Shown: piece by piece, positions 45,062 through 60,299 of the stretch
Position numbering within the stretch: the stretch's first letter is position 1
How the letters are laid out: every line of letters starts with the position of its first letter
DNA from: Schmidtea polychroa
Taxonomy: Eukaryota
Assembly: GCA_044892525.1 (NCBI GenBank)
Contig: CM097885.1
Location: 620,001 to 684,000 of the forward strand
Direction: 5' to 3'
Length of the DNA stretch: 64,000 nt
Translations under genes and position numbers: made by a program
The notes under the pieces: generated by a model
What the model saw: only the letters and a program-made list of their open reading frames with translations
Told to the model about the DNA's origin: nothing
Databases searched by the model: none

Positions 45062-48000
45062 ATGAATTCTTTAATAGAAAACGTTATGAAAGTTCGAGAA
45101 AAAATTCAGGAATTTGGTTAATTTTAATTTATTTATTAATTAATTTATTAATTAATTTAGATAATATTAATGAAGACAATTTAAAATCGAAGATTAAAGG
45201 AAATTTGAAAAGAAAAAGTAAACATAATTTTTAATTTATTAATTTAATTAATTAATAATTTAGGTAATACGAATAAAGAGAAAAAATATGTCAATGTGTC
45301 AATAAATCGAAATGAAAATTTACAATGTAAGTATTGATTACTTTTTATAATTTAAAGGAAATTTAATATAATTTTTTATTTAAGTAAATGTTAATATTTT
45401 TAATTTAGTAAATTTTTATTTTTTAGTAAATAAAATTTGTAAAATAATAATAATTTGCAAATTTTTGCGTAAACATTTATTAAAATCTTTCATTTAAATT
45501 ATATATTTTTATTAAATTTTTATTTTATAGGTATACTTTATCCAAATTATTGTTCATCGAAAGAACATGATAATAATTGCCATTCTATAATGGAGAATTA
45601 TTACACGAAAAAATATTATAATAAAACTTATTTTATATGTCCCGTATGTAAGACTAGTGACCCTGTAACATATAGCGTTTTTTATAATAAACATAAAAAT
45701 CATTTAGATAGGTTTAATTTTAAAAAAGATAGTGTTTTTAAAAGACCCTCAACTATAGAAAAAAATAATACAAATAAAAAAATTAAATTAGATACTTCTT
45801 CTTTTGAATCCCAGGTCGGATTAGAGGTTGAATCCCAGGCTGGATTGTCTTTTGTTGAATTCCAGGTCGGATTGCCGTTTGTTGAATCCCAGGTCGGATT
45901 GGTTGTTGAATCCAATGATGGATTATTCACTTCCTTTGATTCTTGGGATGGATTAAATATAATACAAATAGGTGGAAATGTACCGACAGTAAAAGAGATT
46001 TAAGAGGTACCCATCAAATATTAAGTTTAAATACTAGCGACTTAAATATAAAAGAAATAATATTTCCTGAACAACTAATAATAAAATTACGAGATATTAT
46101 TAACGAATTAGGATCCGTCAAAATTCAATTCGGAATAACAATCGAATTTGAAAAAGACGGGTAAATAAAGGTTAATAATATGTCAAATTACGCAAAAACT
46201 TTAACTGCATCATTTTTTGATCAAGGCATTAAGGAACTAAATGAGAAAATAACTAATATTACAGAGTTAGGAAGCATTTGGATTATAAAAAATATAACAG
46301 AAATCCACTTCACTATAACAAAAATAAGTAGGTTAAGTAGATTAAGTGGTAGGAGTTTCATTGAAACACCTACTCATCTAAAAAATAAATATTGTTTAAT
46401 TAATATAAAAAACACTGATGATTCATGTTTTTATATAGCATTTTAGCTATTTTAAAATATGATGAAGTTAGTAGTTATGCTAGAAATAGGACATCGAGTT
46501 ATAATTTATCCGACTTAGTATATAACCCGTTAGAATTACCTATGAAATTAAAAGACATTAGGAAATTTGAATCTAAAAATTCGGGTTTAATAATTAATGT
46601 TTTTTCATATGATAATAGCAAACAATTAACTGATAATTATGTATTAAAACATCCACATTTAGATATTATACATCAGGGGTGCCCACTAATTTTTCTAGGA
46701 GTGCTACATTCACATCCAAAATGTGTATGCGATCTACTTTTTTAATACTTACATAATATTTACCTACAATGCAATAAATTCATCACAATAGAACAAATAT
46801 ATGTCAAAATATGGAAAATTAAACTATGTAACTATTTATTATAAAAAAATGTAACTTAGGAAATCAAATTTAATGAAAATTATTGTTATATAGAACCTTT
46901 GGATGTTGATGCTCTACATTGGGTTGAATCCACTAGATTTTTGTAGTTTGTGATATAAGTGCTAAGACAACTTCTTAGGCTGGATTCCAAATGGTCATCT
47001 GTTAATGTTGCTCGGTACTTTGACTTTATAATTTTCATATGTGAAAATGCAGACTCACATAAATAAGTTGAACCAAAAAATGATACTAAATTTTCGAAGC
47101 ATTTTTTCAAGTTTGAATATTTATCCTCTGATAGATATTTCCATACATTTGGTTCGGAAGATCTTGATTTAATGAAGATATCATTTTGAAGTGTGATTAT
47201 TTCCATTTCAAGTATAGGGATATCCATTTTAAACAAAGTTGAGATTGAATCTGCAACAATTTCTGGCTTTATTATTGGATTAAACGGAAAGGACATAAAT
47301 GCAGCCACAATTTCAAGTTTCTTGAAGTCTTGAAAACGTCTCTCGAACTCTAAAACCAAAATTTTGATCTGTTCCGCATATCTCGTAATATTAAAGTTGA
47401 CATTTTCAGATTCTTTTAATTGTGACAACATATTTGGAAAATAACTTAAATTTTTGTCTTTTATTTTGATAATATGTAAATGAAGCTTTTGTATAAATGC
47501 AATGATTGAACTTATCATATCGAATATCAATTTATCCTTACGATGTAAGTCGAGATTTAATTCATTCAGAATTGCAGTAATATCTACTAAAAATGCCAAA
47601 TCCAAGAGCCAAACATCATCTTCCAATTGCTTGAACTCATCACCTCTTGCGGCAAGGAAAAACTTAATCTCAGAAAGCAAATCTCTAAATCTTTGTAAGA
47701 ATTTTCCTCTACTTAGCCACCTTACATCTGAATGCATCAGTAATTCAGCAGGACCTTCGCTATTACTTTCTTCAATTTGTAATTTGAAAAGTAGTCTCTT
47801 TACATATGATAATAGCAAACAATTAACTGATAATTATGTATTAAAACATCCACATTTAGATATTATACATTGTTCCAAAGTTTTAAATGGAACTGTAATT
47901 AATTTACTACTGTTAAATAAAGGAAACAATTTCCATTACGTTGCTATAAGTAATTTAAATAGGTTACTGAATTGTGGTATCAACACTAGTTGTCCTACAC

Positions 48001-48450
48001 GCATACGTTCATTATGGTGCCATCGGTGTTTGAATGGGTTTAGGTATAAACACGCACTGGAAAAACATGAAATATTATGTAAACGTAATCAATTCGGAAC
48101 AACTCTTTACACTTTCCCTCAAAATAAATTATTACAGTTTACTGACTGGTCGAAAACAGTAACTCCTCCTTTTGTAGTTGATGCCGATTTTGAGGCTATT
48201 TTACCTTCTGATAATGTTCATTTCCAACGACACATGACAATATCTGCTGGTCTTTTACTTGTAAATAACTTTGACGGATCTAAATCTTATCAACAGTTCA
48301 TAGGTTTAGATTGCGTCGAGAGTTTTTTAAGTGCTATAGAGGATATAGCATTAAATAAGGTTCTTCCTTTTTATTATAAAATGGGTAGGAAACCTATGAT
48401 TAAATTTACGAAAATTGAACAACGTCAATTTGTTAGTGCATCTGTTTTTT
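45062..48450 (+). pseudogene. Family-B pPolB 5' half with upstream exons (45062-45116, 45161-45217, 45264-45326, 45531-)
   Basis: Phase-1 GT-AG introns, in frame to CILYPNYC..MENYY; paralogous to 50-3960. Confidence 0.85.
46674..47792 (-). mobile_element. Truncated second copy of the hAT element at the identical PolB site
   Basis: ttatacat/CAGGGGTGCCCA; open C-terminal transposase frame; no second TIR. Confidence 0.9.
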
Positions 48451-50105
48451 AATCTATCCCAAGAATCAAAGGAAGTGAATAATCCATCATTGGATTCAAC
48501 AACCAATCCGACCTGGGATTCAACAAAAGGCAATCCGACCTGGAATTCAACAAAAGACAATCCAGTCTGGATTCAACCTCTAATCCGACCTGGGATTCAA
48601 AAGAAGAAGTATCTAATTTAATTTTTTTATTTGTATTATTTTTTTCTATAGTTGAGGGTCTTTTAAAAACACTATCTTTTTTAAAATTAAACCTATCTAA
48701 ATGATTTTTATGTTTATTATAAAAAACGCTATATGTTTCAGGGTCACTAGTCTTACATACGGGACATATAAAATAAGTTTTATTATAATATTTTTTCGTG
48801 TAATAATTCTCCATTATAGAATGGCAATTATTATCATGTTCTTTCGATGAACAATAATTTTGATAAAGTGTACCTATAAAATAAAAATTTAATAAAAAAA
48901 TATAATTTAAATGAAATATTTTAATAAATGTTTACGCAAAAATTTGCAAATTATTATTATTTTACAAATTTTATTTACTAAAAAATAAAAATTTACTAAA
49001 TTAAAAATATTAACATTTACTTATTTAAAATTAAAAAACCAATCAATAAAAATGCATCCAATTATCAAGAAATTAATTAAATTTATCTTAGAACTAACTT
49101 AAAATTTTTAAATATTCATTCTATCCACATGAAATTCATGAAAATGATAAAAATTCACAAAAACCATCAACTCTAAAAAAAAAATTACTAAGGAATACCT
49201 TAAACACAAATATTTATCTAAATAATCTTTCAAATTAATTCATTAAAATTGAAGACAACACGCTCTATTTCGTCATTACATTCAATTAAAATTAAATAAA
49301 TCAAGATAAGAACTTTGATAAAAAATATTATTCTAAAATGGTAAGAATTAACACTAGTGTTAAATGAAAAGGTAATTATTCTTTAAATCTAATTATAATT
49401 ATAATCATAATTTTCTTTAATTTAACCCTTTATTTACTTAATTTAGTCCTTGTTTACCGAATATAGAAGTTTAAAATATAGACCATTGATTACTTTAATT
49501 TAAAAATGTATCCCTTAATTTAAATAATTTCCATCTAAAATTATTTCAAAAAAATTTTTTTTCTAAAATTGTCATTGAAAAATATTTCATAAAAATTTTC
49601 ATTAAAAATTATCTTAAAAATTATTCCATAAAAATTTCCATCTAAAATTACTTAAAAAATTATTTCATAAAAATTTTCATCAAAAAATTTCAATTCTCAA
49701 ACACCTTCTATTATTTTGTTAATAAATTTAAAATCTTACTTTAATTTGCTTATTACATTACTTATTTAAAAATTATTACTTTAATTTACTTATTTAAAAT
49801 ATTTGACCATTGATTACTTAATTTAAAAATTTGGACCTTAATTAACTTTAATTTAATTTTTTAGAACCTTAATTTACTTTAATTTTAAATTTTAGACCTT
49901 AATTGAAAATTTTAGACCTTAATTTATTTAATTGAAATTTTAGACCATAATTTACTTAATTGAAAATTTTAGACCTAATTTAATTTAATTGAAAATTTTA
50001 GACCTTAATTTACTTAATTGAAAATTATAGACCTTAATTTACTTAATTGAAATTTTAGACCTTAATTTACTTAAGTTTAAAAATATATACCATAATTTAC
50101 TGTAA
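48450..50105 (-). repeat. Inverted, internally deleted duplicate of ~43260-45955
   Basis: MENYYTKK ORF on minus strand; mirrored upstream AT-rich region. Confidence 0.85.
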
Positions 50106-50439
50106 TTGAAAAATTCGAGCGACTAATTTATTGGTTAACTTTGCAGTCATTTAAAGCAAAACTTAATTTATTCATCTAATGTTCGTTACAATAGTTAATA
50201 ATATGAGAAAAATATGGTCATTATTCATTGATAATTTTAAATTCTTTATCATTTGGAGTAAATTTGTTTGAGGCAAAAATAATTAAATGAGTCATAATAG
50301 AAATATGGTTATCATTTAACCAATTAAGGGGCTTATTAGTTAGAAATATATATATTATAAAGTAACAATTATTTTCTAATTTAATTAGATGATCATTAGA
50401 CGTAATATATCTTTGCGAGAAATTTAAAATGTTTGAGTA

Positions 50440-51039
50440 ACCAAAACATGGATATTTTGTGCGATAAATTTATGAATATTGGTTAATTTTGTTATTTTTA
50501 GTCATTTAAAATAATATTTAGCAAAGGTAATTTAGCAAAATATCGTTGTAAGATTTATCCACCCGATAACAATATTCCTTCAATAGATTAACTGATATTC
50601 AACCTATTTAATTTCTGGAAATCATAAATTTCCTTCAATAAAGTTAAATCAAAAACGCAAGAGACGCTCAAGCAAATCAAGAATTAAAAAATAAACACAT
50701 TGCAGAAACAGAATTTATATAAAGTCAAACCCTGACTCCTCAAACAGATTCAAGTCTAAATAAAATTCAATCAAAAGCAATAACACTGGTAAGTAGGACT
50801 CCAACCCACTTTCAAGGTCATGAAATATGTCCAGATCAAATATAGGTCAATTGAATCATTTATTTTTAAATTAACATTTTTTTTATTTACTTCTTTTTAA
50901 TTTTTTCTTTTTAATTATATTAATTAATTATTTTATTTTGTTTTATTTTAATTACATACTTTAGTTAATTTTTAATTTATTACATTAATTAATTTCTTAG
51001 TTTATTAATATTTTATTTTAATTACTTACGCTATTTAAA

Positions 51040-51097
<58 letters not shown>

Positions 51098-53303
51098 TAT
51101 TTTATTTATTTCTTTATTTTTTCTTAAATTTTACATTTACATTATATTCTAAAAAGAGAGTTAATTATAACAATAATATTTCAATTTGTATAAAATTTTA
51201 ATTAGTAATTATTCAATTTGAATAAAATATTTATTAGAAATTATTTAATTTATTATAAAATAAAACGCTGTGTTAATTTTAAATAAACTGGATATTAATT
51301 TTTTGGAAAAAATAAATAAATAAAATAGTCTAAAATATTTGATTAGTTTTATAACAATCCAGGTATGACTGATGTTTTATGTTACTACCTTTCAATGTTA
51401 CACCTTTAGCCTTTTTTGTTTCCTCATCACCCAACAAGATATAACACTTGGGTCTAAGAAAAACCCATTCCTTATATTTAAGACCTTTATTCTCGTCTTT
51501 GAACTTTCCAATGACAGAATCAAGGTTCTTACTATATAAGGAATGACAACTATTGTAATTGGAAGTATCTAATAAATTATCTCGAATCACTGCAGGTAAA
51601 AGAACCTCAAGTTTACAGTTAATGACTTTGAGGAAAAAAGAGTCTGTATCACCTCAACGATATTAATTTTATTAACAAATTGATAAGAATCAATGAATCT
51701 TAAGCTTATTTTGCCTAAATGCGCAATCAAAGAAATAAATTTTTCAGTCGTGATTGGGATGCAACTTAAAGTCCAATTTTTAAATTTGTTTAAACCATAT
51801 TTAAGAATATGGTGCATATCGTATCTCTTCAAGTTGTGAAATACGATAGGCAAAATTTTATTTATTTTCCTATTTATGTTGCATGTGCTACAAGCTGCAC
51901 CCAAGTATTTCCCAGTAAAATGATCGTGATCTCTAACAGGATCGACGATACATTTCAAACAAAGATAACAAACAGATGCACTAACAAATTGACGTTGTTC
52001 AATTTTTGTTAATTTCATCATAGGTTTGCTAACATTTTATAATAAAAAGGAAGAACCTTATTTAATGCTTTATCCTCTATAGCACTTAAAAAACTCTCGA
52101 CGCAATCTAAACCTATGAACTGTTGATAAGATTTAGATCCATCAAAGTTATTTACAAGTAAAAGACCAGAAGATATTGGCATGTGTCGTTTGAAATGAAC
52201 ATTATCGGAAGGTAAAATAGCCTCAAAATCGGCATCAACTACAAAAGGAGGAGTTACTGTTTTCGACCAGTCAGTAAACTGTAATAATTTATTTTGAGGG
52301 AAGGTGTAAAGAGTTGTTCCTAACTGATTTTTTATGTGTTTAGTTAATGTTTATATGTTTTGTTATGTGTCTAGTTATTTTTATGTGTTTAGTTAATTTT
52401 TATGTGTTGTATAGTATTTGGTTGAAATAATAATATTATTATTAATCTATAAAAAAAAATTTCATTAAAAAAATTTACTTAAAAAATTAATCCACTAAAA
52501 TTTTCGTTGAAAATTATCTTAAAAAATTTTTATTAAAGATTTTCATTAAAAAATTTCAATTCTTAATTACTGACTATTATTCCAACTTTTTGTTAATAAA
52601 TTTAAAAATCTTACTTTAATTTACTTATTACTTTAATTAAAAAATTTGAAACTTAATTTACTTATTTCAGCCCATTGATTACCAAATATATCTATTAATT
52701 TACTTTAATTCAAAAATCTTAGCCCATAATTTACTATATTTCAATTTTTAGACCCTTAATTTACTGTAATTCAATTTTTGAACCATCATTTACTTTAATT
52801 TTAAATTTAAGAACCATAATTTACTTTAATTTAAAAATTTGAACCTTAATTAACTAATAAAAGTTAAATTATCATTTTCAATTAATATTTTACAAACATA
52901 AAATTACAATATTTGAAATTCTAAATATCTCTATTAACATGTTTGCAATTAATTTTAAAAATACAAAAATTTTACAAAAATTTTCAAATTGAATATTAAA
53001 TATTTTTTTAATTTGCATTTGATAATGTTTATTCTTAATAAGATTTTCCCATGAGAAAATTCATATTTGTTTAAATGCAAAACTTTAAATTTAATTCTAT
53101 AAGAAAAATTATTTTTCAAGACGTCTAAAAGCTCTAGGACAAGAAGAAAATACAGTTTAGAAAGGTAGTGAGTGAATTTCCTAATGAATTACAGAAGGGT
53201 ATAGGACAAAGTTCCAGTTCTCTATTCTCAATTTATCATCAATCAGCAGCAACATTGACAAAGTTTATCTTAAACAAGCTGCAAATTTATATATAAAATT
53301 ACA
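50440..53303 (-). repeat. Duplicate of ~26555-30467 (family-B terminus plus deleted pPolB 51330-52330)
   Basis: Shared blocks aaaacatggatattttgtgcg, gtaagtaggactccaacc, ggacaagaagaaaatacag. Confidence 0.85.
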
Positions 53304-53569
53304 TAAAAATTGTTGATAAATTGTTAAAGTTTTAATAATATATTTCGAATAATAAAAATTTCCCTTGATAAAATTCTGAATATGAAATAAATATTAAAAA
53401 TTATATTAAAATTTAAAACTGTAAAAATTTTAAATTTTATTTATAAATTTCATTTTTAAATTGTTTTATTAATCAATTTATTAGAAAATAATCTTAATGA
53501 AGCATTTTAAGTATTATTTTAGTTTTAACTAATTTTTCTAAATTTTATTTAAATTTATTTTTGTAGTCG

Positions 53570-54850
53570 TTTATGATATGGAGGCCTTTAAGCAGTTAGT
53601 CTTAGTTAACGTAGCTGTCTTTGCTGGAAATAATACAAATTACCTTTTACCTTGACTGCATTGATGGAGGTGCTACTCGTCATGAACCTACCTCATGCAG
53701 TTATCCATTTGTATGCCGAATGTCCTTTACCGTCAAACTTCCTGTGGCTTCGTCATAATCGTTCTTATTGGTCTAACAATGTACCGCACTACGTCGATCC
53801 CTCTTAAAAGGTTTTTGAATTTCAACATTTTGCTCTTATCATAGCCCATTTTTGACTGCTTTGGTGACAACATCAGAGTGCCTTCTTTTATTTTTTACCT
53901 TTTTAGGATCTGACTTTCACAGTGGATACATAAAGATTTTCAGCAAAAGCCTCAGCGATATGTCCTAGTAATTTCATTTATTTCCATTTTCAGCGTAGAT
54001 TAGACTAGTAATGTCATGTAATTCTGAACACTTCTCATGCTTTCTTTCTTTATTTTCAATTTCTAGTTTATTATTTACATCCATCATTTTTATTTTTATT
54101 TTTATTCTGATATTGCATTTATTATTTCTATGTAGATAGTTTAATACCTAAATCGGTATTCCTTACTAAATCGAAAGGTTTAAGCGGTCCTTATACATGC
54201 ATCCTACTGATCCCAGTTGGTGTATAAAATAAACTGCATTGATGAAGGTTCGAACCTTCATCGTTTTCTCTCTTGCGGTCAGTCATTTGTGTGGAACTTG
54301 TATTTCTTTGTCTTTTTTGCCAGATCCTCTATCTCAGTGGTAGATAATCCTTAGTATTGTGTATATTTACTTTACCAATTTACTTTTACCAACTGTGCCT
54401 TAACAGCTTCGTACTCGGCCAGTGAGCTTATCCTTTCATCCCTGCACTCTTCAATTCGCCTATCACGCTTCGCAAATAGAACCTCTGCTACTTGTTTGAA
54501 TCCTTTCTGTGCATTCGAACCCCAACGGCAACTACTTACTCTTGCCGCTAGTATCTTTTTAAGTGTCCTAGTTAAAACTGAGCACGCTCTTCCTCTATTT
54601 TTGAAGGCTTTCTTAAATCGGCATCCAAGCTAATTCGCTGGTCATGTTTTCGGTTATTTGGAGTCATTTCCCAATATTTTTGATTTCAAGCTTTGGCTGG
54701 ACGCTTTGTTTTGCCTGTGTTTTAATAGAATGGGAATAGGTACCTTTTCTCGGAGAGATGCTTTTTCAGGAATGGTGATGTTGAAGTGATGGACTCCTTC
54801 TCCTGGCTTCTCTGATAAAGTTCTCTTTTTCTCCTTGGAATTGCCGCCTA
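53570..54850 (-). pseudogene. Highly decayed non-LTR RT-like remnant
   Basis: Minus-strand SVLTRTLKKILAARV..NAQKGF resembles R2-type RT region 2; otherwise unreadable. Confidence 0.35.
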
Positions 54851-54864
54851 TTTATCAAACTTTT

Positions 54865-57800
54865 ATTTAATAAAAGCCTGCCTCCGAAGAGACAGGTTGG
54901 TCCTTTTTACGGGACGAGTTTCGGCCAGCAGCCAAAGCTAAAACACCGAATTTTTTTTAAGTCATCAATCGTCCGAGCCTTGTACTGGTTTTGGGATCAA
55001 GGCTGATTTCTTTTCGGTCCATTGTAATATTCGTATATCGGCGGTACAATCCTTTTGGATGGAGTTTCAGACTGTCATTTTTGTCGTAGTTGTCGTAGTT
55101 GTCGTAGCCAATATACGACCATACAAAACAAGAGAGGATCACACACGATTCGCAGAAGCAAATCAAGTCATTTTAATCATTTTAAATTTACGTAGTAGAT
55201 ATTAGGGTTGCATTAATAACCTTAAGGTGTAGTACAGTATAATAACATTACAGAATAAGTATAGTAAATAATATTAATTATCAATTAATGTGTTTAAAAT
55301 GTGGTCCATATAGATATTGTAGCTCGCTGTGATCGCTGTTATAATACATTTCCTAGCTAATATGTTAATTTCCTTATCAGTTAATCCTATATCTCTTAAG
55401 GGTTTATCATTGTTGATGTCCCAGGTTCCTAAAGTCCCTACAACAAGTGCATATAATGTAGTTTTAGTTTTATTTGCAGTGCCAGTTTCAATAGCCAAGT
55501 TTCTATATTTCTCAAAATTGTTATCTCTAGCGTTATTAAAATTTTCTATTGTGTCATATGGTACCTTAATGTCAAGTAGGTGTATTTTTTTGTTTCTATT
55601 TGAGGTTACAATTAGGTGGTTATTGTTCCTGGTGGTGCTCTTTCTGTGTCAACATTAAAGTTTTTGGAGGTTAGATATTTATGCGTTATTTCTAATACTC
55701 TATTGTGCTTATTTCTTCTAGCATTTTGTGTTTTGGTGCAGTGGTTAAAAATATGTGCCTGTGTTTCCCAGTTTTTGCTGCATAATCTGCAGAGTATGTT
55801 TTGGTTCTCTTTGTGCCTATTTATTGTGTAATTAAGACTGAGCATGTTATTGCGTGCTTTAATTATGAAGTAATATTGGTTGTTATTAAGATCAGTTGAT
55901 TTTATTGGGTATGCAGATAAGTTATTGTTTCCTATTGTTTTTGATATGTGTCCTTGGTGGATCATCTCATACCATTTTTCAGCATACCATCTACTTGTAA
56001 TATTATGTAAGGCCGAGGATGTGTCTTCTAAGTTATTCTTATCTATATAATTAGTCTCATTGTTGTATTTTATTTCTAGGTTAAAAAAGCCTTTAATAAC
56101 TATTATTTTGCATTGGATATTGAATTTTTCGCGTATTCTCTTACATGATTCCCTAAATTTTGAAAAAATTGTTGAAGATTTACCGCTTATGTCCCCCTTA
56201 CAATCTGCATTAAGCCAGTCTAGGGCATTATTAATATTGATTTCCTTATTTACTGATCTAATTTTGACTATCTCAATAAGTTCACTTAATATAAAATTTT
56301 TCATCTTAATGTCGTCTGAGTTAAATATCCTAATAAATTGAGTGATACTTTGGATTAGGTATTCATCAATGGATGGTGTGATACCTAATCCTCCTAAAGA
56401 GCAGTTCGCATAAATAAAGCTATTATTAAGATTTTGGTGTATGTCTTTCAGTTCATTTTTAATTATTCGTTTAATTTTTTGGTCATAGCCTAGTTGTTTT
56501 TCCCTATTTTGTACTACTTTATTCCTATAGCAGTCAAGTATCATATGATTGATTGTGCACGTACGAAAAGGAAAAATAAATCGGGAGTGTATAAAGGTTT
56601 TATATGCATGTAATTTCTGTGCTGGGTGTAGGTCAGAGGTAAAGATCATATTTGCGTCTTCTAGTGCCGTAGATAAAATGTCATCAATGCTGTGTTTTCC
56701 CTTTTCGCCAAAACCTACACCTAGATATCTGTAAATGTTATCGCTATCTATAATCGGGATCTTTTCATCGTATATTGTTAGTGGGATGTCAGAATGACTT
56801 TTTTGTAATTGGAAATATCCACATTTGCTTGGTCTGAATTTTAGCTTAGATCTATCGGTTAGGTTGATTATATGTTGATTATATCATCTTAATGTTATCC
56901 CTGGAGTCTGATATTAGAACAATATCATCAGCATACGCCAATATGCTGACATTATATTCACTAATTATTAAGGGGAATTTATTTAGTATATCTTTAAGTA
57001 TGAAGTCTATTGCCAGACAAAAAAGTGTCATGGACATTGGGCACCCTTGCTTAACTCCGTTATGTATTTCTATTTCACTAGTGAGTTGCCCTTCACAGTC
57101 ATATTGTGTTTTACAATTGTTATATAAGTCTTTAAATACGTTCAACGTGTTGTTGTTAATACCTAGTTCTATCAATGTTTGCCAAATTAGTTTATGTGGG
57201 ATACTACCAAAGGCGTCTGCTAAGTCAAGCCATATGATGTTAATATCCTTATTACTGCGAATTGCTCTTTCTTTTACTAGTGTGAGGGTTATATTATGTT
57301 CAGAACAACCGTCAGGTATACCTATTGCTTTTTGGTTGATACTGATGAGGCCCCTTAATTTTACCCATTCAAGAAGTCTATTGTTTATTATAGCTGAAAA
57401 GATTCTATAGGATGTATCTAAGATAGCAAGGGGTCTCCATGAAGATATATCATAGCTTAATTTCTCTTTATGTGGTTTAATTATTAGTTTGGTTTTAAAA
57501 AATTTCCAATTATCTGGAGTTTTTATGTTACGGATTAAATTATTGAAAAGAGCGCATAAGAATGTGAGGCCAGGGTCAATTATTCGCCAGTCTCTGTAGG
57601 TTATTTTGTCGGTGCCTGGTGCTGAATTTAGGTTTAGTTTCTTAATATTATTATTAATCTCATTGATTGTTATTATCTTATTAGTTAGTTGTTCTATGTC
57701 ATTGTTATTTTCAATAAGTGGTAAATCTTCAATAATAATTAAATTTTCGCTAGCCGGTGGTTGTACTTGGGTAACATTATTAAATATTTTATTAATAGTT

Positions 57801-58520
57801 ATTTTAGGCTTTTTAATATAATTTTTTCTTATTTCATATACAAGTTCAGCTTTTTTAGTGTTTTTCCTTATATTAATAATAAAATTAGGTTTAGGGTATT
57901 TGTTTGGAAAAAGAGCATTATGTATCTTAGATATTTCATTTAATCCTAGTGTTGGGGTAATATCATTGTTATCTATTTGTATGGTGAGATTAGTGAGGAA
58001 ATTTCTATATTTATTAATGTTCTCATCAGGTAGTCTGTCATTTAGTATTTTACTAATAATTTCTCTTAATTGTGATCTTATTTGGTTTATCGTTGGTACG
58101 GTAAAAGTTTCTCTATTGTTATTTAGGCAGAGTGCAAAATGGCAAATATAGAGACTGGACTCTTGTATGCTGCAAGTAGGGTATTGTAGTTCAGTTATTG
58201 TAATAGAGGTTGAGGATATTATATTTTGTAAGTTTATGATTGTATTTAATATGCTATCGGCAATTAATTTGTGTTTAAGGGTGCTGTTTCCACATGTCGG
58301 GTCTATCAGCGTAGCTATTTTTTTTATTTTGTTGAGGTAAAAAATGACCATGTGTTATCCTCAATTTTGATGGGAAAGAAAATTTCGTTCCAGTCAGGGT
58401 ATGTGTGGAAAGGGAATGTTTCAAAAAAGGTTTTAAAATTTTTTTTAATAAGAGCAATGCCTATGAAGTTATCTATTATAATGGTTGTATATTTTTTGAC
58501 AAAAACAAGTAGGTAAAGTT
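54865..58520 (-). mobile_element. RLE-type non-LTR retrotransposon (NeSL-like), 5'-truncated, frameshifted
   Basis: Ulp1-like region; RT SAPGTD, WRPLAI, WLDLADAFGSIPH, GVKQGCPMS, YADD, YRYLG; CRLC..ETQAHIFNHC knuckle; KHNRV; LLDIKVPYD; LVVGTLGTW; 3' UTR with hairpin. Confidence 0.92.
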
Positions 58521-58569
58521 TAATGTTTTGTTTTTAAAGACTGATGTTTTATGTTTTATGTTTTATGTT

Positions 58570-60295
58570 TTATGTTTTATGTTTCAATGTTACACCTTTA
58601 GCCTTTTTTGTTTCCTCATCACCCAACAAAATATAACACTTGGGTTTAAGAAAAACCCATTCCTTATATTTAAGACCTTTATTCTCGTCTTTGAACTTTC
58701 CAATGACAGAATCAAGGTTCTTACTATATAAGGAATGACAACTATTGTAATTGGAAGTATCTAATAAATTATCTCGAATCATTGCAGGTAAAAGAACCTC
58801 AAGTTTACAGTTAATGACTTCGAGGAAAAAAGAGTCTGTATCACCTGCAACGATATTAATTTTATTAACAAATTGATAAGAATCAATGAATCTTAAGCTT
58901 ATTTTGCCTAAATGCGCAATCAAAGAAATAAATTTTTCAGTCGTGATTGGGATGCAACCTAAAGTCCAATTTTTAAATTTGTTTAAACCATATTTAAGAA
59001 TATGGTGCATATCGTATCTCTTCAAGTTGTGAAATACGATAGGCAAAATTTTATTTATTTTCCTATTTATGTTGCATGTGCTACAAGCTGCACCCAAGTA
59101 TTTCCCAGTAAAATGATCGTGATCTCTAACAGGATTGACGATACATTTCAAACAAAGGTAACAAACAGATGCACTATAGCACTTAAAAATCTCTCGACGC
59201 AATCTAAACCTATGAACTGTTGATAAGATTTAGATCCATCAAAGTTATTTACAAGTAAAAGACCAGAAGATATTGGCATGTGTCGTTTGAAATGAACATT
59301 ATCGGAAGGTAAAATAGCCTCAAAATCGGCATAAACTACAAAAGGAGGAGTTACTGTTTTCGACCAGTAAGTAAACTGCAATATTTTATTTTGAGGGAAA
59401 GTGTAAAGAGTTGTTCCTAATTGATTACGTTTACATAATATTTGCGTGTTTTTACCTAAACCCATTCAAACACCGATGGCACCATAATGATTGTATGCCT
59501 GTAGGACAACTAGTGTTGATACCACAATTCAGTAACCTATTTAAATTACTTATAGCAACGTAATGGAAATTGTTTCCTTTATTTAATAGTAGTAAATTAA
59601 TAACAGTTCCTTTTAAAACTATGGAACGATGTATAATATCTAAATGTGGATGTTTTAATACATAATTATCAGTTAATTGTTTGCTATTATCATATGAAAA
59701 AACATTAATTATTAAACCCGAATTTTTAGATTCAAATTTCCTAATGTCTTTTAATTTCATAGGTAATTCTAATGGGTCGTATACTAAGTCAGATAAATTA
59801 TAACTCGATGTCCTATTTCTAGCATAACTACTAACTTCATCATATTTTAAAATAGCTAAAATGCTATATAAAAAACATGAATCATCAGTGTTTATTTTAT
59901 TAATTAAACGATATTTATTTTTTAGATAAGTAGGTGTTTCAATGAAGCTCCTACCACTTAATCTACTTAACATAGTTATTTTTGTTATGGTGAAATGTAT
60001 TTCAGTAATATTTTTTATATTCCAACTGCTTCCTAACTCAGTAATATTAGTAATTTTCTCATTTAATTCTTTAATGCCTTCATCAAAAATTAATGCAGTT
60101 AAAGGCTTTGCATAATTTGAGATATTACTAACCTTTATTTACCCGTCTTTTTCAAATTCGATTGTTATTCCGAATTAAATTTTGACGGAGCCTAATTCGT
60201 TAATAATATCTCGTATTTTATTATTAGTTGTTCAGGAAATATTATTTCTTTTATATTTAAGTCGCTTGTATTTAAGCTTAATATTTGATGTGTAA
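58570..60295 (-). pseudogene. Family-B pPolB, deleted form, with EMPTY hAT site
   Basis: HPHLDIIHRS uninterrupted at ~59625-59650; DSYQFVN/KINIVAGDTDS junction. Confidence 0.88.
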
Positions 60296-60299
60296 TTTT

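Noticed and set aside
47502..48452. 316-aa ORF suggesting a transposase-polymerase fusion
   Set aside because: Its N-terminal part is the antisense frame of the hAT transposase joined to PolB by a rearrangement
54905..54980. Hammerhead-like TGATGA..GAAAC on the minus strand of the retrotransposon 3' UTR
   Set aside because: Core is TTGATGA not CTGATGA, and no stem III or cleavage triplet can be formed
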